A stretch of 63,911 nucleotides of DNA, the filler included, from Dugesia japonica (taxonomy: Eukaryota), in NCBI GenBank assembly GCA_001938525.1. It is 6 parts of 6 records of this genome, joined end to end, with 100 filler letters (N's around TTAATTAATTAA, not from the genome) between each part and the next. Parts side by side here need not be neighbours in the genome. Positions count along the whole stretch, not along the records: positions 36,570 to 46,100 come from MQRL01609589.1; positions 46,201 to 55,457 come from MQRL01635456.1; 4 more parts are not named here. One strand, 5' to 3'. Shown in pieces: positions 37,684 to 52,123 of this stretch; the first letter of the stretch is position 1, and every line of letters begins with the position of its first letter. Made by a program: the position numbers and the translations under genes. Under the pieces are notes generated by a model, which saw only the letters and a program-made list of their open reading frames with translations, did not search any database and was not told the DNA's origin.

Positions 37684-39686
37684 AAAAGAATTAATATTGA
37701 AATTTTTTTTGAATCAAAACATTTTCCTGGATTTTAAATTTCAAAGTATTTTGAGTATTAATAAATTTTTAAATAAAATAATATTTTGAAACATGACTTA
37801 ACATAAAATTAAATAAAATAAATTGTTAAAATAATTAATAAATATAATGGTGTATATGATAAATTTTGAAAGTTAAACCGTTCAGATAAAGTTCTAAGTT
37901 ATGAAGTTCCCTTAACAATTTTGCTCTAACTTAACATTTTTCAATCTGGGTTTATATGCCCACCAGAGAGGAAAAGAATATTCTAGGAGGCATAAACCAA
38001 AATTCAATTTTGAAGGTTTCATAAGGAACTCTAAGGGAGTCTCGGTCGTAATAAAATAATAAAAATATTACATTTAAATATTATTGAAAAGTTAAAAAGC
38101 TAAAATGTATTATTTATCATTTGAAGATGCGTTTGCATTTCGTAAACACAGAAAGGTCAAATCTTACACGTGTTCACGAAGTGAGTCGAATCATGCACGT
38201 GTTTTTAAAGTTCAGATAAATAAGATTAGATAAACTTCTACAAATCTTAAGTTTTTGTAAAAGTGTTTTTATATTTATTAAATTAAATCTTCTTTGACAT
38301 ATATATACGTATTTCTAAAAAAGTGAGTAAATTCTTAATTTGATAACACATTTTTATTGCAAAATTTGATTAGAATAATTGATGTTTTTTAGATAACTAT
38401 GAACTTATTTTTTTCATTTTTTTCTCAATCAAATATTGAAGGAGGTGGAGAAACGAAAACATATTAAACTGAAAAAGGATGAGAATCGCTGCTTTAAGTG
38501 TTAATTTTTTCTAATAGAAAATAAATTAATGTAAAATACGATAAGGTAATGAAAAAAAAGACTGGAAAGAGTATAACGAGAAAACGAGTGTTGAACCATA
38601 CTAAAATCTATATCATTAATAATATTATTATCATTGGTATTATTATTATTATTATCGTCAAAATAATTATTGTAGTTATTATTACGAGAATTATATAAAA
38701 GAATTGGGCATGGAGGACCCATAAATTGAAAGATAAATTTTGCTTTTCTTGCATTCGAATGTGTTTACGTGTAATGATACTAAAAATACTAATACATTTA
38801 ATATAATAAAAGTAGAAAGACCTCTACGGCTATGAAATTATTATAATAATTATAATTTTTTTTATTATTGATAATTATTGGCTTAATTTTATTTGGAAGT
38901 TCTAAATCTAGAAATAACGGTTAGCCAGTAGCAGCAGCAAACAAGATACAAATACTCACCGAACATGGTGGAGATTTGGTTTCTTAAATAGCACGTCCAC
39001 CAAATTGTTGATGATTATCGGGACACGGCGCCATTCAGTAGGTGATGAGAATGTGTATTGGCCGAGTAGCCAATATGATTTGTAGAGATGATTAATTACC
39101 GTCTCAATTGGTATATAAGCACACAATGAATGTGAATTCAGAATCTCTCTTTCTCTCTCTCTTAATATCTTGAAATTATACGCTAACGAATTGTTTTACT
39201 AACAATCTTATTTTATTTGAATTACACTAAGTTTAAAAAGTTTATAATTCCTTAATTGGTACTAATTTAGTGGAGTAAAAAAAGTAAAATTATGTTATTA
39301 TTTAGAATTATTTTAAAATATTTTTCTTATGATGATCTGGGTAACCCCAAATGATCTTGCTCCAAAAGAGAAGTAATAAACAATTGAATTTATTTTAGTC
39401 AAAGAAAGAAAAGTCGATTAGGAGTTAAAAAAACAAAAGCCGAGTAGAATTTATTTTGTTATTGATAAAAAGAGACGAATATCAGATACATAATATTTAG
39501 TTAGGGAATTATTGTAAGAGCTCCAAAGGAGTCGGACAGGCGAAGATGACTGGTATTATCAGTTATCTTCTCTGGTCCTTGCTCTATGAGTAGTGGAAGA
39601 AACTGTTAGTCCGCAACTGAAAAACTTTGCTATGTCTTATAATAATAGATAGCTTCATTTTATTTTGCTTTGATTATTGTAACAAG

Positions 39687-41861
39687 TAGAGCCACAAACA
39701 GTCAGCTTAAAAAATCAGATTTAATTTTTTGAAAAAATCTCAAACATGTAATTACTATTTTCGTCACCCCTATAAAAGTTATTAGGTCAACCAAAAATCA
39801 ATTTTTCCATATAAGGCCAATAAAGTCAATAACGGCATTTTTATGTCAATTTAAGTAACTTAATGATGATATCTGTTTTTGTAGTGCCCATGGATATGTT
39901 TCAGAATGCATAATTGAGCTTAACAATTTATACATCATAAAAATATGTTGTATACAAAATGTGGGTGAGTTATAAATATGTACATGTTAAATATATGCAG
40001 GTATTGAGTGATTATGACATGTGGTTTTATCTGTATGGCTGTCTACATACTGTAAGATAAATATATACAAATGTTACTACGTGACTATGCTCGTGTTGAC
40101 TACGCGTGATTTCACATCACATGTGCATGCTTAACTTCTTCAAATAGCATAATACAGTTTATTGGCACTGTATGGCAGGTAATTGTGTGATACTCGTGAT
40201 AACATGTTCTGACATATTTTACTGACCCAATATTTTTTACTCACTTTTCTTTTGAGACGTCATGCCTAAAGTTGCTAAGTGCAATTGTTGTAAGATAGAT
40301 ATAATCACACGAAATCATGCACTAGAGTTTACTACAACGCCAAGGAACGAACTTTTTTGCAAATTATGCAACACCATTATGAAACATGAAAAAAATATCT
40401 TTGTTGAAAATATCTTGATACTGACAAGCACAAACATCTGTCCCAACGTTCATCCTCAGCAGTACAACAGTTCCTTAATCCTCCATCAAATGACTTTACA
40501 TAGCATATGGTGAAAACCTTCTTGTCAGCAGATATTCCTTTATGGAAGTTAAGGAATACAAAACTTCACAATCTCTTCGTCACAATCGAGCATCCTCTAC
40601 CATCTGAACAAACATGTAGATCAAGAATTCCTGAATTGTTTGAAGATGAAATGTGTTGTATAAAGTTCTTTGTCACTAGTAAACTTTTATTTATGTTTTA
40701 TGATGAATCAGAAATTTCTAGTTCTAAATTTTTAAATATCCTGGTTGGTGTTATTGAAAATCCTCAAAAAACTTAAATGATGGAGTGTCTTTCCTTGCTC
40801 ACATTTGCTGATTCACAAATTATTGTTCATGCTATTAATGATACAATGACTTTCATCAATATGATTTATGTTTATTATTGACAGATTCTGCTCCGTAAAT
40901 GGTTTCTGTATCATAAACGTGAAATATATTATATCCACGTCTATTTCATATTATCTGTGTAGCTCATTTATTGCATGACTGTGGGATGAAAGTGCGTGCT
41001 AATTTTGGCAATGTTGACTTATTGATCGCTTGCATTAAAGCAGCCACTATTAAACAAAATCAAGACAAAGCCACTTTGGTTCAATTGTATACTCCCCAAG
41101 ATTAATACTTACTCGATGCGCAAGTTGGATTAAGGAGGCTTCATATTATTTTAAAAATCTTTCAGAAGTGAAACATATTGTGCACAGTTGGGATGATAAA
41201 GGCTCTTTATCATAAAGGCTCCTATAACAAGCAAAAGACATAGTGAAAAATGATCAACTTGTCCAAGATCTTTTGTCTATTCAACAAAACTACCATCAAT
41301 TAGCATTATTAGTAATTTCTTACTGAGTACTGAGTGCAACATTAAACAAGCTGTTGAATATTTAAAACCTACAATTTGAAATGTGTTATTGCTCCGTATT
41401 TAAAAAAGCGATGGGATGCCAATGAGATCTTATCAATTGTGAACTGCAGTCGAGAGAAAATTCTTCCATCAATCTTTGCATTATTAAAAAAGTGTCAATG
41501 TACTTCTGCTTCTGTAGAGAGAATTTTTCCAATGCTGAAAAAGATACTGGCAAAAGACTGTTATTGTTCTGCTAAAAACATTAAATCTTATTTAACTGTA
41601 CATTACAATTCAGTGACATTGTAAATTTGTAACTAAAATGAAACTGAATATGATATTGTTGTTTTCTTTTTATAATTCAAATTTATGGGGAAATTGATAA
41701 AAGGGTTTTTAATTTTGTGAGCTATAAAGTTTGGTTTTCATGAAAACGTAAACTAAATAAGATTTATAATAAATGTACGATGCAAAAGATTTATAGGTCC
41801 ATAAAGTCAATTTTTACCATTTTTAAAGTCAACTTTTAAAGTTAATTTTCTTGTGACCCTA
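39687..41861 (+). mobile_element. hAT-superfamily transposon (CGGBP1/DUF659-like transposase pseudogene 40262-41624)
   Basis: TIRs TAGAGCCACAA / TTGTGACCCTA and a degenerate 8-bp TSD GTAACAAG/ATAATAAG. Protein motifs LFCKLCN, FLSADIPLWKL, YDES, CVAHLLH, TSASVERIF. Confidence 0.88.
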
Positions 41862-42269
41862 ATAATAAGAGATGGTGAATAAATAAACGTTAAGATAATT
41901 TGTATTTAATAAATAATCTTTCGGCTAAAAATGTTATGTTTACTCTAAATTAAATTAGAATATTTATTCAAGGAAACAATCTCTATATAAATTTAAATAA
42001 TTTTTAAATAAATATAAAATAAAAAATGCGCGTGAAATTTACATTAGAAAATCATAACTCACGTAATTACGCACAAATATGTGTCGCCTCCTTTTTACAT
42101 TGCAAAATCGTAACTCACTTTTTACCTGTTAATGAAGGAAAGTTGAGCCAGTGTACTCATATCATACTGTATATATACAAGATTTTTGTATTAAAATATT
42201 ATCTACGATGTCAACAAAAGCAAGTGAAAAAACATTTTCATTGAAACCTGTTAGATAAATAATTCATTT

Positions 42270-44398
42270 TCCAAATCACAACTAATATTTTTAGACATTA
42301 TTTATTTCAATACTACAACACATGCTTGATAAGATAAATATCAGTGATTACAATTAATTAAATATTAATATTCAGTTTAATAGATTTTTATTGGATGAAA
42401 TTATTAATTAATAATTATTTCCTTATAACCCCATTCTTAAGAAACTTTCTAAGTTTTCAACATTTCTTTCTAAGCGCTATCCATTTTCTCCTTGTACTAC
42501 ATACCGCATTTTGTGAATTTTCTCAATTATTCGATTAGGTTATTCAAATCTGTCTTGACTTTTATTTCTTGTTTCTACCTTGAGAAGTACAAAATCGCTC
42601 ACTTTGAATTCTCTTTTAGTAATCACGTCAAAAGTGTTTTATTTAGTACTATCTGAAACGTATGACTCATACCACTTTTCTCTGATAATTTTCTTTCCAA
42701 ATAAGATTTAAGCCGAGCTCTTTCTAGTCGTCTTCTGCCTTGTTGCGTTCATTGCAAATTCTATTTTTAGTAAAAGATCTGCCCAATCTGTTCTCTTTCT
42801 TTCCTAAAGTGTTGCATTAATTAAATCTCGAATTGTCCTGAACTGTCTTTCAATTTGTCCGTTTGTATTATGATGATAGGNNNNNNNNNNNNNNNNNNNN
42901 NNNNNNNNNNNNNNNNNNNNNNNNNNNNNNTCTGATAATTTTCTTTCCAAATAAGATTTAAGCCGAGCTCTTTCTAGTCGTCTTCTGCCTTGTTGCGTTC
43001 ATTGTAAATTCTATTTTTAGTAAAAGATTTGCCCAATCTGTTCTCTTTCTTTCCTAAAGTGTTGCACTAATTAAATCTCGAATTTTCCTGAACTGTCTTT
43101 CAATTTGTCCGTTTGTATTATGATGATAGGGTCTCGAAAAGTAAAGTTTAATATCTAGTTTCAGTGTAAACTCTCTCCTAACTCTGGATTCAAAAGCTTT
43201 TCCACAATCTAATCGTATCTCTCTTGGACATCCAAATCTCAATATCCACTTTTCAAAAATAGTTTTTCATATTGTTTCCTCCTCTTGTCTAGGCAACGGT
43301 AAAAGAACCAGATATTTACTGTACTGGTCGATTATTCCAGGAATGTATTTTTTCGCCCACTTGTTCAAAATGGTAGCTTCTAATTTCTTTGTTTTCTCTT
43401 TAGTTGCTGTTTTCACTACTTTGGTTTTCTGACAAATTTCACAATTGCAAACTATCTTATGTATTTGGCTTCACAAATTGTGTGCAAAATATTTGTTTCT
43501 CATATATTTGTACACCTTCTCCACTCCTACATGGCATAATAATTTATGTATTTCTTCGGATCATATTTAAAAAATGACCTCAGGGGTAGAANNNNNNNNN
43601 NNNNNNNNNNNNNNNNNNNNNNNNNNNNNNNNNNNNNNNNNGTCAGCTTTTAAACATATTTAATTATATTATTATTATGTATTTTTTAGTGTAAATTAAT
43701 TTTAGGATCAAACTTTTAATGTATTTTTTGAATGTTTAATTTTAGGTTCATTTTTTAACATGAATTATATACATTAAAATTTTTTTAAAAATATGTATTT
43801 TTAGTGTAAATTTAATTAAGGATTAATTTAATATTTTTATCCATAGTGATGAGTGTAGAGCTTATTATTTTCTTGCTACACTGGAATATGAGCACCTTAC
43901 AGTTAATCATAAAATTAACTTTATTAACCCTCAAACAGGAGCTCATACCTAGAATGTCGAATCATATTGGAATAAAAAAAATATCCCGTTGTAAAAATAT
44001 TCGAGGAATTAGAAAAGAATATTTACAAGATTATCTTAACGAATTTATGTAGTGTGACAATGTCATTTCCGTCAATACTATGTCAATTACTTCATAGTGT
44101 TGATCTTTAATGTTCGTAAATATCAGAATGTCACCAAGATAAACCATGGCTCCATTGATTCTGCCTAGCACTTTCGTCATCATCTGTTGAAATGTACCTG
44201 GTGCCGTGACGATGCCAAATTGCATTCTTTTAAAACCATATTATCCGTGCTTCTTTGAAAACGACGTTTTTTTCTTGATATTGTTCTTCAAGCTCAGCAC
44301 ATGTTTGATAAAATAAATATACAATTAATTAAATATTAATATTCAGTTGAATCGATTTCTATTGGATGAAATTATTAATTAATAATTATTTCCTCACA
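42270..44398 (-). mobile_element. Fragmented Ty3/Gypsy LTR retrotransposon
   Basis: LTR-like direct repeats at ~42318-42427 and ~44296-44398, with PPT-like AAGAATGGGG. RT: MQFGIVTAPGTFQ...VYLGDILIF (44070-44290). Integrase: HKLLCHVG...CEICQ, IIDQYSKY, RFGCP..LDCGKAF, NGQIER. Confidence 0.9.
43840..44060 (+). pseudogene. Merlin/IS1595-like (ISXO2 domain) transposase C-terminal fragment
   Basis: SDECRAYYFLATLEYEHLTVNHKINFINPQTGAHT*NVESYW...RGIRKEYLQDYLNEFM. Confidence 0.85.
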
Positions 44399-45875
44399 AT
44401 AGGTTTGATTTCTTCCTTATCAAGTATATCCAGGTTTGTTTTTTGTAGAAAATCAAAAGTAAACACCAAGACTCCACTTAATATGTAAAATGACATGCTA
44501 ATATTAATAATATTACATAAACACCAGTTAAAACTAAATAAAGATACAAAAAACGTATCTATAGAGTCAGAAATTAAAAAATCATCCTTAAAGATATTGT
44601 TTTAAATGATATACTTTTTATATAAATTAAGAAGTAAATCTTTGAAAATATTGAAAAAAACCTGAAATCACTTTTTATTATGATGGCATTTGGATTCGTT
44701 ACTTCTTATATTTTATTGGACATTCGTTTTACTCACATCTAATAGAATTCCAAATACAAACAAACACACAAACTTTCAACTTAATATAAGATTTTATTAT
44801 TTAATCTATAAACCCAGCATGTATTTATTGCTATCTGTTTCGTAACAGAACCCAACGAAGTTAACAAAAGACAGTTATATAATGTATTTAAGTAATTTTC
44901 ATATTTAAATTGTAAAATATCATCAAGATCTTGTTGAAAATTATTTAAAAATAATAAATTAACTTACATCAAATTGTTTTATTTACCATCTTAATTATTA
45001 GCGTATTGATATGTTATACATGAAGGCTATAATAAAATTATTAATAATATTAATCCTAAAGTGCATGAATTTTTAGTTCAATGTTTTATGAAAAATATGT
45101 GAAATCCTAAAGTAGATAATGATAACTAAAATTGGTATGTTGCCGAATGGAAACACAATGAATCAAAGGGTTAGTATTTTTCATTGCTTAGTTTAGATAT
45201 TTATTAAATTTAATTATTTTTTCGTGTATTTTTAAATGCTAAATATGTATGACAATAAAGAAAACCTTCCCTCATCAATAATGTATTAATTTTCTCATTA
45301 TTAATAATCTTAATAAAGTAATAATTATTTGTATAGGTTCTTCCACATTGTTTGCTTACATATAAATATATAAATTACATTTTGTTAAAGAGAATATTTT
45401 GAGTAAATTTGACTTTTATTAATTGCAAATGTAATAGACAAATAAAATTGAAAATTAGAAACATCTCCACGTTACAAACACATTATCAAATGAAGTAGAA
45501 AGAAAATGTTTATTTGTCTGTCTACTTAAATTATCTAAATTAAGGGAATAATGAAATAAAATATAGATAAGTCAGCAAATCTACAATAAAATTTATTTTT
45601 CTTTTTTTTTAGAACAAAATACACTGCTGTAAATCTTTATATTTAATATTAGTTTTTCAAGTGTTATTTTTGTAAAATATTTATCTGAATAGAATGCACT
45701 TAAGTACATGTAAATTATAGTTATTCTAATTAATTATCTTTTATAATCTTATTGTTTCATTTACAGTTATCTATCTTAAAATCATGTATGAGAAATGTAT
45801 TCTTAATAATTTTTAAAATTTATTAAACTTTAAAAATGTGATTTATGGTTAAATTCATCAATTATTCTAATAATA

Positions 45876-46100
45876 CAGTAAAACCTGCAAAAGCCGGAAT
45901 TGAAAGGGACCGAAAAACCTGTTTTATTCCGCGTTAAACAGTTTTTCCAGCTTAAAAAGTTAAGTAAAAATTTACTTGCATACGTAATAGTTACTCCATA
46001 TTCAACAAAATTCAATCCGTAATATGGTTTTATAATAATACTTTTTACCACACATTTTATTAAGGAAAAGAAAAATTAAATAAATCAAAATATCAGAGTA
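45876..46100 (-). mobile_element. 3' end of a second copy of the pogo/Tigger element
   Basis: Reverse complement of ~23245-23476, including the TIR TA-CAGTAAAACCTGCAAAAGCCGGAA. Confidence 0.9.
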
Positions 46101-46200
46101 NNNNNNNNNNNNNNNNNNNNNNNNNNNNNNNNNNNNNNNNNNNNTTAATTAATTAANNNNNNNNNNNNNNNNNNNNNNNNNNNNNNNNNNNNNNNNNNNN
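46101..46200. other. Artificial contig linker
   Basis: N44-TTAATTAATTAA-N44. Confidence 0.97.
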
Positions 46201-46774
46201 AATTCTATTTTCACAAAGGTGATTATTTTTCATTAATTCATGGTGTAACGATTTCCGACTAGAGAAGAAACAGTAATGGTGGACTCCTCAAATCGTTAAT
46301 TTCAACTAAAGAATCGGCAATCCAAATGTTGTGCTTGCTCCAGATCGGGATCCAGGTTACGTTAGTTTTGTTAATNNNNNNNNNNNNNNNNNNNNNNNNN
46401 NNNNNNNNNNNNNNNNNNNATAATATATTTTTCACTTACAAATTCTTTTGTTTTTCGGAATCGTTAAATAGCTATTAAGATTATAATCAATTATAGGGTA
46501 ACGGAAAATTATTAGCATATAATTGTAACAGCTAATTTTGATTAGAAAATTAAACGAGTATCATGTAAACGAAACCGAACTAAAGGAATGCGAGTCTGTA
46601 CTCGAACTACGAGTCAACGGCTTCATTCCGAAGATCTGGATTTTTGGGGGACACCAGATTCAAATTCATCGCGGGGTTTTACCAGGTCAATTACTCTAGT
46701 TTGACCCCCTTAGATCTAATCATATAAGAAATAAACCCATCTAGGGTAAAACCCCAACAGAGATATAGATAATA

Positions 46775-47068
46775 AAATTGATGATGTAATAAATTTATTT
46801 GCCAATGATGGATAAAGGAAGCTAGATTTTGTAATAAAATAAAATCTAATTATTTATCCTTAATGATTTATCTTTAATAAATGATTTATCATTGATCTTT
46901 AGTTTTTATTACAATAATATATAAGTAATTTTATTGTTATGTACATATAATATGGGTGCAATGTTTTTATATTATAAGTGTAATATTTATTAAGAATGTA
47001 AGCATGTTTCTTGTAAACAAACATGTTCGATAATATTCCCCAATGAAAAATTCCTGGATACGTCGCTG
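46775..47068 (+). mobile_element. hAT (ZMYM/Tip100-like) 3' end
   Basis: IDDVINLFANDG*RKLDF C-terminal signature and terminal AAAAATTCCTGGATACGTCGCTG. Confidence 0.55.
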
Positions 47069-50000
47069 ACTATATCAATGTCACTATTAGTGATCATCAT
47101 TAGTCACCATCAGGGATGCCAGATTTCGAATAAGGTCTTGAGAGGAACAAAAAAGAAAAAAGTTACGATAACTTTTCTTATGAAAATTTTTNCAATTCCC
47201 GCTTTTATATATATTTTTAATGGGAATGGTGTACTGCGAGACACTTTGTAAACACTTAGGTCTTAAATTCCTTGAGTGGTTCGAAAGGATTCTTGCAAAT
47301 GCTTAATACTTTTCGTCACCATTATTAAACAATTCATCTGATCCTGTCAGAAATTTATCAATTTTATGATATTATTTTGTTATTTTACATTATCAGTTTT
47401 TTTAACAACTGATATTTAACTACTTGTACTTTTGACGCGCAAAACATTGTTCTTGTAAGAATGATTCATATATTTAAAATATCTGGGAGATTTTTTAATT
47501 TATATATATAGTATATTAAAATTTACATTCAAATATTTTTCTAAAAAATGTACTTAAGAGATTTTTAAAATATAAAACATTTTTTACATACAAATTAATT
47601 TAAGAAATTTGTATATTTAATATTAGGCAAAATTTTAAAAGTATAAATTATTTTAAAGAAATTTTGTAGAATAATGATTAAAAAATATATGTAAAGTATA
47701 AATGTTTTGTAGAATTAAAATCGATATTTTATAAAATATTTTCATTAAAAATTTCTCAGATTATTTGTTTGAAAACAATGAATTGTTCATCATCATTTTT
47801 ACTTTAATCAAAAAACTTGTAATAATAAATAAAACTTATGGAGAGCTGTGAGGTTTTGAGTTTAACTAATAGCTCTTATATGGGATTTTCCCGCACATAG
47901 CGGGATATTTGTCATTACCAGTCAATATTAGCATTTGACTATTGTAATACACCCTTGTTCATTGTTGACATTACCGACTACCATGGAAGTGACAGTTTTG
48001 ACGATGCACGTTATTATTATTTGAATCTAATTAGGTTTTAAATTTTAGCTTTTGAAATTTAACTTTCTTATTTTATGGATATCTTAATGTTTTTATGGAC
48101 TTCCGCGGACAAGTTACTTTGCTCAAAATTTTTATAGAATGTCCTTAAATTTACGGATTGTTATTAATCCTGATTCGAAATCATTTTATCTTTGAATTTA
48201 ATTCTTCAGATATTGTTGGGTATTTAACTCAACAAAAATAATGGTTCACTTTTAATTGATGTTTGTAACTGCGTCTCTTTATTTGTTTAGTGTTATGTGT
48301 GTAAGTACAATATTATATAAGAAATATATTATCAAAATATAAATACGTTATATATTGTATTCGATCTTATATAAATAAAATGAATAAACAACTTGTAAAT
48401 ATTTATTTTTGGGACTATGTAATCTTACACTAAATCGTTAGAAATTATTAAAAGGAGAAAAGCCACCCAAAGAGAGAGGTTTTCTCAATTTAAAAGTCTA
48501 ACTTTATTGTCAAACTAATCAGTATTTATACTGATTTTTTAGGGTGCACATACATACATATTCAAATATTTATAATTACAGATAATTACATATAAATAAA
48601 ATAAACCTTTTAAATCAATAAATATTGTAAATAAAATTCAACTAAATCAATAAATATTGTAAATAAAATTCAACTAAATTCTCGATCAAAATAAATGTCA
48701 TTGATTTTTGAACGTATTTTTCAATAAAAATAAATGTTGTTAATTATCGGATTTTTGACTCGGATTGGTGTTGCATTGGGTTTGACTCGAATACCGATTG
48801 ATATTGCTCGAATACTGATTGTTGCTATTGCTTGAATTATGTGTTATACATGTTATGTTATGTCTGTTATGCATGCAAACCTCAACAATATGATTAAATC
48901 AAACATAAAGTAGCAGCAATCTCAAAAAAAATTCTTTTAAATTATTTCTTTTCAAATGTAGCTTTCAATTTATTGCTCATTTTATATTTTCTCTAACTCA
49001 GAATTTACTTTGAAAATTTGTATAATTTTCCTTTTATTTTTATTGTAATTATTTAGATTTTATTTTTAATAAATATTTTCTTTCCGAATTTATTAATTAT
49101 TTGTTTCACTTTTATTTTTCATTCTGATAGATCTAGATTTTTATTTTCTTTATTTCTTTTCTTGGTTTAAATAAAAAAATTGTGAATTTGAAATGTTTTC
49201 AACAATCTCTGGTAATTGTACTATATTTTCATTAAGTTTTAACAGGTTTATACTTTTTGTTTAAGTTGAACTATCGTAATCTTTAAATTTTTATTTCAAT
49301 TTACTTAACTTAGTCTGATGATATTGATAAATTTTTTTCAAAATTTTTCTTGTAATCTCTTTTGTCCATGTGCATTCTTTTTTGATTTTTAAATTTTGTT
49401 TTTGAATTATTCGATTTTATACCGATTTTCTCTAGTTTCTAGAAATTATATTCACAATGTTTCATGTGTGTGGTAATATTAGATTTTATATTTTCATGAA
49501 ATTTTGTTTAATTGAGATAATAAACTATTGATTTCTCTTGACTCACTTATTTTTCCTTTTTGATTGTTTTTAATTATTGAACGTAATGATTCGTTATTTT
49601 TGTTACTGCTACCTAAATGGATTTGTAATTTTTCACTGATGTACAGTTTTAAACTGAGTTTCTTTCATTCGTCGTATTCTTGACCGATAATTTCCATGTT
49701 TATTATCAATGTTCAGGTTTTTATTGTTACTGATTACTATTAATATTTCTTTTTGTTTAGCATAAATCTCTATATACTCGCGTTTTTATGTTCCCTGACT
49801 AATTTTCATCTTGCTTGGTGTTTCCAGGTTGTTGGTGCTGACATTGTTTCGTATATATGGAATAACTTGCTATGATTAAAAAGTCAATAGTTAAACAATC
49901 ATGTAATATCATAATTTACAATAATCCTTGACGAAGAATAATTTCTATAATTGATCAAAATTTAATAAATACAATTCGACGTTAATTTTTCCCGCTAACG

Positions 50001-50413
50001 ATAAAATATTGTTTTTACAAAGAGTGAATGTTTTATAGCACTTTTACTGGAATCTATTTATTTAATTAAAAATTAAATACATTCGATAAGTATTTAAAAT
50101 TTAAACCAGAAAAAATGCTTCTTTATACAGTTTCTTTATATGCTAATTTAAAATTTTAAATGCAAATTTATTTCAATCGTATTTGCTGTTTTCAAATTAA
50201 TTATAAAAATATAAATTTTTTTAAAATTTCCTCATTAATTTATATAAAAATTAGAAAATAATAAAACGTTGAATTTTTTCATTTTTCTATATATGGTATA
50301 AATTTTTTAATGTTACCCGAATATTCGAAATATTTTAGTTGTTTTAACGCATCAGTGAAATCACTTATTTATAAACAAAATAGTTTATAACCTCCATTTA
50401 TTTCATTAATATA

Positions 50414-52123
50414 ATGGCTGATAGAGAAGAGAATGTATATCGTGCCAAACTTGCTGAGCAAGCTGAACGATACGATGGTAAAAAATGTTTATTTCTAGAA
50501 GTTTGGTTTCAAATTTTGGATTTTAGAAATGGTAAAATCAATGAAATGTGTTGCTGCATCAGATTGCGAATTATCTGTTGAAGAAAGAAATTTATTATCA
50601 GTAGCTTTTAAAAATGTCATTGGATCTAGAAGAGCAAGTTGGAGAATTCTCAGTACAATCGAACAAAGAGAAGAAGCCAAAGGTAGTAGTCAAATGAGAA
50701 TAGAGTTAGCCAAAGCCTATAGAAAACAGGTTGAAAAAGAATTAGCAGAAGTCTGTGATGAAGTGGTGAAAGTTTTGGATACGCAGCTTTTGCCGAAAGC
50801 ATCAAATATTGAATCCCAAGTATTTTACTTGAAAATGTAACTTAATACGAATTTCAATTGCATCATTATGTAATATTTATAGGAAAGGCGATTATTATAG
50901 ATATCGAGCTGAATTTGCCATTGAAAAAGAACGTGAAGAGGTTGCCCAAAAAAGTTTAGGGGCCTATGAATCTGCAATGACCCAGGCTGAAAGTTTGAGC
51001 GCAACTCATCCCATTCGATTAGGATTAGCTTTGAATTTTTCTGTTTTCTATTTTGAAATTATGGGTAATCCTGAAAAGGCATGCTCATTAGCGAAAACTG
51101 CTTTCGATCAAGCAATAGGAGAATTGGATAACTTAACTGAAGAGGAAAATTACAAGGATTCTACATTAATAATGCAATTGCTTAGAGATAATTTGACTTT
51201 GTGGAATTCTGGGGAAGAAGATGGTAAGTGACTTATTGAAGGCTATTTTTTATTGATTTATAATTTTTGAGTACTTATCCGATGAATTTGTGTTCGAAAT
51301 TATTGATAATTCATCTAAATTTAACCATAAACTTTATATAATTATATATATAGATGATATAGAAATGATAGTCAAAATTTAATTTTAATAATAAAACAAG
51401 TTTTTATTACTTGTTTAAAGATAAAATTTTTCAATATTAAAAATAATTAATTGTTTTTATAAATATCAGGTTAATTATTTTAAAATTTGCATTCTTTCTG
51501 CATAAACATAATCCATGTGAAAAGGAAGTCTAGTTGCTATTTATAGAATTCTTGATGACTAATATCACTAATGGCTGTTAGCAACAGACGTGAAAGCAAA
51601 TTATGTTATGATTTATTAAATTATTTTCGTAACAAATCAGTGTGTACGTAAAATAATAAAATTACTTGAAAGGAATTTCAATTTGAGCATTTTTAATCAC
51701 GATAAATTAAAATTTCAAATATTTCGAATTTAAAATTTTAAATTCAATATTTAAAATTGACATAAAAATATATTTTATTTAATATTTTTAAATAAAATTT
51801 CCATATTTTTAAATGGCGTAAATTTAAAAGTAAAAATTTAAACCAAATAAAGTTTTCCAGTTTTATTAACTCAGCAGTTGATCTAATTGAAGTATCAAAT
51901 TACGACTGACTGCTAGAAAATGTTTGAAATTTGTTATTTATTATGTGACAGCATTAATGCGAAATGCGAATATCAAATATGCTGTACAAATATAAGGTAA
52001 TAATATTTTATTGGTGAATTTATTATCGATTCTATGTTTTTCTTTGAATTACAATAATTATTATTGTTAATTATTTTAGACAACAAACAAAACGAGACAA
52101 ATGCTGAAGGTGGAGATCAATAA
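50414..52123 (+). CDS. 14-3-3: 14-3-3 protein; exons 50414-50477, 50527-50836, 50883-51223, 52080-52123
   Basis: [86 protein letters not shown] introns of 49, 46 and 856 nt. The last exon [14 protein letters not shown] is less certain than the rest. Confidence 0.97.

Noticed and set aside
38960-39680. LTR/promoter-like segment with CCAAT and TATATAAG
   Set aside because: No partner LTR, PBS or boundaries could be defined.
42683-43130. ~200-bp tandem duplication in the Gypsy integrase
   Set aside because: Near-identical copies flank a 50-N gap, so this is most likely an unmerged contig overlap or allelic haplotypes.
48700-49850. Broken minus-strand coding-like region upstream of 14-3-3
   Set aside because: No diagnostic motif; probably a decayed retroelement but unsupported.
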